Assembly (NCBI GenBank): GCA_052034235.1
Contig: JBPOIT010000002.1
Location: 69,939 to 133,938 of the forward strand
Source: Candidatus Levyibacteriota bacterium
GTDB taxonomy: Bacteria > Patescibacteriota > Microgenomatia > Levybacterales > UBA12049
Length of the DNA stretch: 64,000 nucleotides
Direction: 5' to 3'
A program made the translations under genes and the position numbers. Below, in pieces: positions 60,701 through 64,000 of the stretch (positions are counted from its first letter, which is position 1; each line of letters begins with the position of its first letter). The notes under the pieces are model-generated. The model saw only the letters and a program-made list of their open reading frames with translations, was not told the DNA's origin and ran no database searches.

Positions 60701-60989
60701 ATATAGCGATTATGCTTCAGCATTATATTTCGTGGGAGATGGTGGCGATAGTCTGAATAGAGAGGCACAAATACGGGATTTTTTAAGCAGAAGTGAGGCC
60801 GAAGATGGTTTCGGAGACCATCAATTGCATGCTACAATGCTTGGAGATGAAAACCAGCGAGCGATTCTTGCCGATATCTTTGGAGACCGAAATACTGCGG
60901 TCGCTCCGGATTTTGATTCATTGATTGAACGAAGTATGGAGCAGTTTGAAGATGATATGGAAGATTTCCTGCGGGGGAAAGTAAGCTAA
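57714..60989 (+). CDS. Giant (1091 aa) protein with transglutaminase-like cysteine-protease core, acidic coiled-coil linker and C-terminal vWA (MIDAS) domain
   Basis: TGase core CYLGNTLAIAMLRHAGVPARIVKGHE...GHAWSEFWDGNQWIQYDFTPD (Cys-His-Asp); vWA MIDAS VVVDVSQSM with a downstream Thr and GDGGDS; start is 1 nt after the stop of the AAA+ gene. Confidence 0.7.
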   Translation: MSQESNEFHDQSLIGEQPTLPERPVHHNRAVDRARELLRRIFKKTGTRNRAEEPHHREPPQALEETLSDEPEPKMPPSEHFNRQNAREMERLAEQGTPELRVLPGDQWAMHYPNGIDARNEAVERLFAGEADPHVEVDTVTPDTLFYDQNELTNKGFSTVRNRVFDVVTSHEHYDYAKFTNFISEMHGTTIDAALAQKLYNTIAYDRIRHVMLDTYHATDRARIVETIRTEMQATPAQIRSLAGMEQILAALKTNTYADDFEFVTPAIQRRVEDSLAPEDASLTSGLQESYNQYMQQGTPDAYDTLVRSIKEYYQPEQEHSHEPQQNEDQQMPPFNEEYQPPTESDRDSMRYFEVIPTGDATEPVFGKYKTVKQGYFDRASMSWKSKNVRRPYTSVVEGAQRYTIANIPAIQDAELYDIPVPDGFALDYNSFQTTGSDAKLLQDTDGCFFIQGSDVGKFTVDFLPSDKTFTNPPQTVDSIPLHSGSLSEEAEDFVREVKNADPENEVIAQKVDEFIKSRHLYPSEDELMTLQSELLSISTGDTYIQNLERSDLLDCYLGNTLAIAMLRHAGVPARIVKGHEVSDTNENMAVIDGSTGHAWSEFWDGNQWIQYDFTPDKPSDAAQEEQEQQSGNESGVGQEEKEPGEGTEAKDSPEGIRPPALPRVDNDSNLIPQSGAGEEEEQLAERDLEAAGEAIEEARTRQRELQGQIGDLDSFEGIQGMQEEVSGDEQLFNDMKDQFADALSARALQMKENMLEELENMVEDGFMSEEQEAAMREQIGQAEYTELDQVREQIATENSAYNEFQRIREEIEPLVDEWFEYFVSKLPREDVVTYDDTAVGKRGRINENALSSPGKFITGKVLSPRVMRPEIRAKFLASVVVDVSQSMVLNDTLTAYDPTKLNNAKKLVVFYNELFSRISEQYGYIKYANYAFAQDVIVIKRFEQQYNSAKRYTYEGDESSTVKARLMESLQAKDSSYTLEAVQTAADDLNAIKQQYSDYASALYFVGDGGDSLNREAQIRDFLSRSEAEDGFGDHQLHATMLGDENQRAILADIFGDRNTAVAPDFDSLIERSMEQFEDDMEDFLRGKVS

Positions 60990-61357
60990 TTTTTAGCTTT
61001 GGGTTTTTTCTTCGAGGCGCGGATTTCGTTGATAATTTGCTCCATTGCACGTCTGGCAATTGCGAGATCAACATTTTCTGTTTGTGAAGAAAGGTCTTTC
61101 TTTTCCTGCTGATCGGTTTTTTTCAGAACATGGTTATAAAAATCTGTACCGAGAGGTGCTTCTCCAGCTTCAACTGCTGCAAGTTCTTTTTCAAGGTTCA
61201 TTTGTACCTTTTCATCGTGTAAAAGGAAATATGTTTTCCAAGCAATGACTTCAACAGTCAGTTTCTGTTCAGGTTCCATGTAATCATACATGTTTAAAAC
61301 CTGCATCTTAAGCTTCTCATCCAGCGGCAACAGTTTAATTGCATCTTTCGTCGTCAT
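60986..61357 (-). CDS. Hypothetical 123-aa protein
   Basis: ORF convergent with the giant vWA gene, overlapping it by 4 nt; Lys-rich C-terminus. Confidence 0.4.
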   Translation of the reverse strand: MTTKDAIKLLPLDEKLKMQVLNMYDYMEPEQKLTVEVIAWKTYFLLHDEKVQMNLEKELAAVEAGEAPLGTDFYNHVLKKTDQQEKKDLSSQTENVDLAIARRAMEQIINEIRASKKKPKAKN

Positions 61358-61382
61358 AGTACTGAGTATATCATTTTATAGT

Positions 61383-64000
61383 TTAAGGAATTTTCTTTTC
61401 GAGATGTTCAAATAAGACTACACTTGAGAAAAAATTGGCAAGATGTTTTTGGTCTACTTCACGTATTTTTTCTAGTGCACCCTTAAGAGAGCTTCCAGGT
61501 ACTGTTATTTTAAAGTGTGTAATGATGAGATCAGCAAGGCTCTTTTTATCGAGTACCTTTTTATTCCTGGCAAAGGCTGCTTCAGGACCTGTCTCACCAT
61601 TATAGTTGACGTCGTAATCCTGTTTGTGATTAAAGATTAAATCCATAATATTTCTATATGCTTTGTCTTCATCTATCGTACCACTAGCTGTGCCAGAAGT
61701 TGGTGGGGTATATTCAAAGAACGTATTTCTGTCGGCTTGCTCAGGCATTTGTTCCATGAATTTCTCGACGATCTTGCCAAATCTGCCATAAGCTCGATCT
61801 ATTGCTTCAATCTCGGGTGTACTGATACCTTTTTCAACCAACTTAGTTAGCTTTTCTGTAGTTTCTGTTTCTCTTTTATCAAGGTTGATAAGTAGTTGAT
61901 TTATACCTCTTTGTCGTGCTCCTAGACGTTTTGCAACTGCATCTTTTACGGTTCTCAGTGTGGTAATATCTACTGCACCAAGGCTAGGATTTAAGCCTCG
62001 TTTTTCGGTGATGGCTGCACCTATTTCCTCAGCGCTTAGACTATATAAGTCAAGCTCAGAAAAGCCGTAGGTCATAACATCTGTTAGGGAAGTGAGGTCT
62101 GCATTTGGTGTACGTACCTCAGCTTCCGCGTTTTGTGCACGAGCTTCAGCCATCGCATGAATCAACATTATTCTGTTATCAGCTAAAGTATTGGCGTCCT
62201 TCGGCCATCCTTTAGTACGATCAGCGGTATTTGCATCGTTCATAGCTTTTTCAAGGTCGCTATAACTGCTTGTTACCAATGTGCCTGATGTAACGCCTGG
62301 GATACTCCATGCAAGGACATTATCAAAAGAATATCGCATGGCCATAATTGCAAGGTCGGTATTTTGTCTGCCTACTGTATCGCTACTGAGTAGTGATTCT
62401 CGAGCATTGGTGAGGTTGTCTGTGCCTCCACTAAGCGCATCAAGTGTTTGCTCAATGACCGCACGTCTTCGCTCAATAGCCTCAGCCCTGTTTTTAAATT
62501 CCGCAGATTCGCGGATTGTCTGTTCATTTTGTCTAGCCTGCTCAATCATGCTTGATAATCTCGCATTTGCAGTATCAAGCGCACGTTGGCGGACTGCCAA
62601 TTCCTGCCTGTCAGTAGTTGGTGTTGCCAAACTTCCTTCTGCGCGGCCTACTGCTTCCCGTAGTGGTTGCACGTATGTTGTCTCGAAATCTTTGGCGCGG
62701 TCACGAATGTCTTCTTCTAAAGTTTTCTGTTCGTTAGCAATCGAGTTTATACTCGTGCCTTTAATTGTGATTTCTGTGCCACCTTCAGCGAGTGCTTTTT
62801 GTAGCGCAGCTTGTTTCTCAGCGGGTGTTGCTGTAGGTTTGCCATCGATACTAATTGATCGTAAGGATTTTTCCTGTTCGCGTGCTATTCTTTGAATCTC
62901 TTTGCGTTGTTCAGCTACTGATTTTTGGAAACTAGTCAGTGCTTCGTTTTCTGAAGTGAGGGTAGCAGTATCGGTTGTCAACGCAGCTTTCTCTTTGGTC
63001 AATCGTTTTTGTTCAGCATCGACCATCTTACCTGAACGATGGCCTTCTTTCGCTGCTTTGAGTCTGTCTTTAAAAAGTATTAAATGATCTGTTTTGCCGT
63101 CAACGATACTTTGAAATATTTCTTTAACATCTTTTTTGATTACTTCTTCTTCAGCTTTAAGCATACGTTCAGCATTACCTGCAATGTCCAAATTGTTCCA
63201 ATCAAACTCAGGATTTTCTCCCCATGTTTGATTGCCTTGTGCGTCGAGAATTGGTCGGAGACTGATATCTGCATGTGTTGCTGTTCTAGAGCGGGGAATC
63301 ATTACAGGTACTCCATGTGTGTCAAATACTCCATGACCATGGACATCTTGAAGACGTATCATGTCGGGTACAGACACAAAGTTGCCTGCGCTATCTGTGG
63401 TAGTCACCATCTCAGGAATTTGTTGTCCTATCCCATCGCGAGCTGAAACAGTTCTCATAACTGGTAACATAATCGGATTACCGGAACTATCAAACATAGG
63501 CGCACCTGCCGCATCTACTGCCTGCTGCATGCGAGGAACAAATACTTGTTCTAGAAGTGTTTCTCTTGTCCGTTGGTCTACTTGAGCGGTACCACTAGCA
63601 TCGAGAATAGGCACAAACACTGGGATGAGTTCAGGTACTTGGATGCCTTGTATCGCTTGCACCTCAACAGTATTGTTATTTCTGTCTCTTAGCCCTTCAC
63701 GATTAGGGTTAAATTTCTCCATAACTGCTTGTTCAGCATCTGTGCCCTGAGTTGGACGGCTACGAGTACCCTCAAGTATCCAATCTATATTCATGGGTCT
63801 TCGCAGTTCTGCTGGAATGCCATCTTCTTTTTGAAACGCCATGATATCCTTTGCACTTCCGTTTAAATCATCAACTAATTTCTTTGCAAGGGTAACGCCT
63901 GTTTCGCTAATGCGATTCTTTCTCACAATTTCGCCACGTGCATTAATCGAAAAGTCTTCAGGATCCATATTATGGAATGTTTTCATCCATTTGATTTTTG
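61383..64000 (-). CDS. Giant (more than 867 aa) coiled-coil hypothetical protein; the N-terminus may lie beyond the window edge
   Basis: ORF is open to the window end with no stop upstream of M 63986; long Q/E/A/R-rich predicted coiled coil in the middle. Confidence 0.5.
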   Translation of the reverse strand, partial: KIKWMKTFHNMDPEDFSINARGEIVRKNRISETGVTLAKKLVDDLNGSAKDIMAFQKEDGIPAELRRPMNIDWILEGTRSRPTQGTDAEQAVMEKFNPNREGLRDRNNNTVEVQAIQGIQVPELIPVFVPILDASGTAQVDQRTRETLLEQVFVPRMQQAVDAAGAPMFDSSGNPIMLPVMRTVSARDGIGQQIPEMVTTTDSAGNFVSVPDMIRLQDVHGHGVFDTHGVPVMIPRSRTATHADISLRPILDAQGNQTWGENPEFDWNNLDIAGNAERMLKAEEEVIKKDVKEIFQSIVDGKTDHLILFKDRLKAAKEGHRSGKMVDAEQKRLTKEKAALTTDTATLTSENEALTSFQKSVAEQRKEIQRIAREQEKSLRSISIDGKPTATPAEKQAALQKALAEGGTEITIKGTSINSIANEQKTLEEDIRDRAKDFETTYVQPLREAVGRAEGSLATPTTDRQELAVRQRALDTANARLSSMIEQARQNEQTIRESAEFKNRAEAIERRRAVIEQTLDALSGGTDNLTNARESLLSSDTVGRQNTDLAIMAMRYSFDNVLAWSIPGVTSGTLVTSSYSDLEKAMNDANTADRTKGWPKDANTLADNRIMLIHAMAEARAQNAEAEVRTPNADLTSLTDVMTYGFSELDLYSLSAEEIGAAITEKRGLNPSLGAVDITTLRTVKDAVAKRLGARQRGINQLLINLDKRETETTEKLTKLVEKGISTPEIEAIDRAYGRFGKIVEKFMEQMPEQADRNTFFEYTPPTSGTASGTIDEDKAYRNIMDLIFNHKQDYDVNYNGETGPEAAFARNKKVLDKKSLADLIITHFKITVPGSSLKGALEKIREVDQKHLANFFSSVVLFEHLEKKIP

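Overview
Gene-dense bacterial window of roughly 40% GC with many 4-nt ATGA start/stop overlaps. TGA and TAA both act as ordinary stops (for example, ftsH ends on TGA overlapping the next start), so the standard code applies. Gene content suggests a Candidate Phyla Radiation (CPR)-like, small-genome lineage, but this is an inference. The window carries a class II-like ribonucleotide reductase, an archaeal-type ATP-dependent DNA ligase, an endonuclease Q homolog and an archaeal-type UMP kinase. It also has a tRNA-Ala-23S-5S operon with no 16S gene upstream, and the 23S gene holds two ORF-less group I intron-like insertions.

Housekeeping genes include murI-murD, ftsH, recF, fpg, pth, trxA-trxB, rpsA (S1), radA followed by a PIN/TRAM gene, a XerC/D-type recombinase, ftsB, a NUDIX hydrolase, HAD hydrolases, GT2 and GT4 glycosyltransferases, a DedA protein, a Fic protein and a DsbA-like protein. 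There are four tRNAs: Ile-UAU, a divergent pair with CAU anticodons, and Ala-UGC.

Loci that stand out:
- 212-3565: two tandem cobalamin riboswitches. The first controls a DUF4430-like secreted protein, an ECF-S-like membrane protein and a PduO-type adenosyltransferase. The second controls an uncharacterised 482-aa Cys-tailed protein plus a small zinc-ribbon ORF.
- 3595-6536: a membrane-anchored TraD/VirD4-like P-loop ATPase with an acidic partner.
- 53663-60989: two giant co-translated proteins (1349 and 1091 aa) that fuse a MoxR-type AAA+ module, a transglutaminase-like cysteine-protease core and a vWA/MIDAS domain. This is the best candidate for an undescribed NTPase-dependent system and looks like a giant fused variant of the MoxR-DUF58-transglutaminase triad. 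A giant coiled-coil protein lies next to it.
- 50981-51767: a 787-nt gene-free convergent gap with nested hairpins and short ORFs.
- 27634-34822: a ParB-like-domain 720-aa protein sitting with Fic, endonuclease Q and the DNA ligase.
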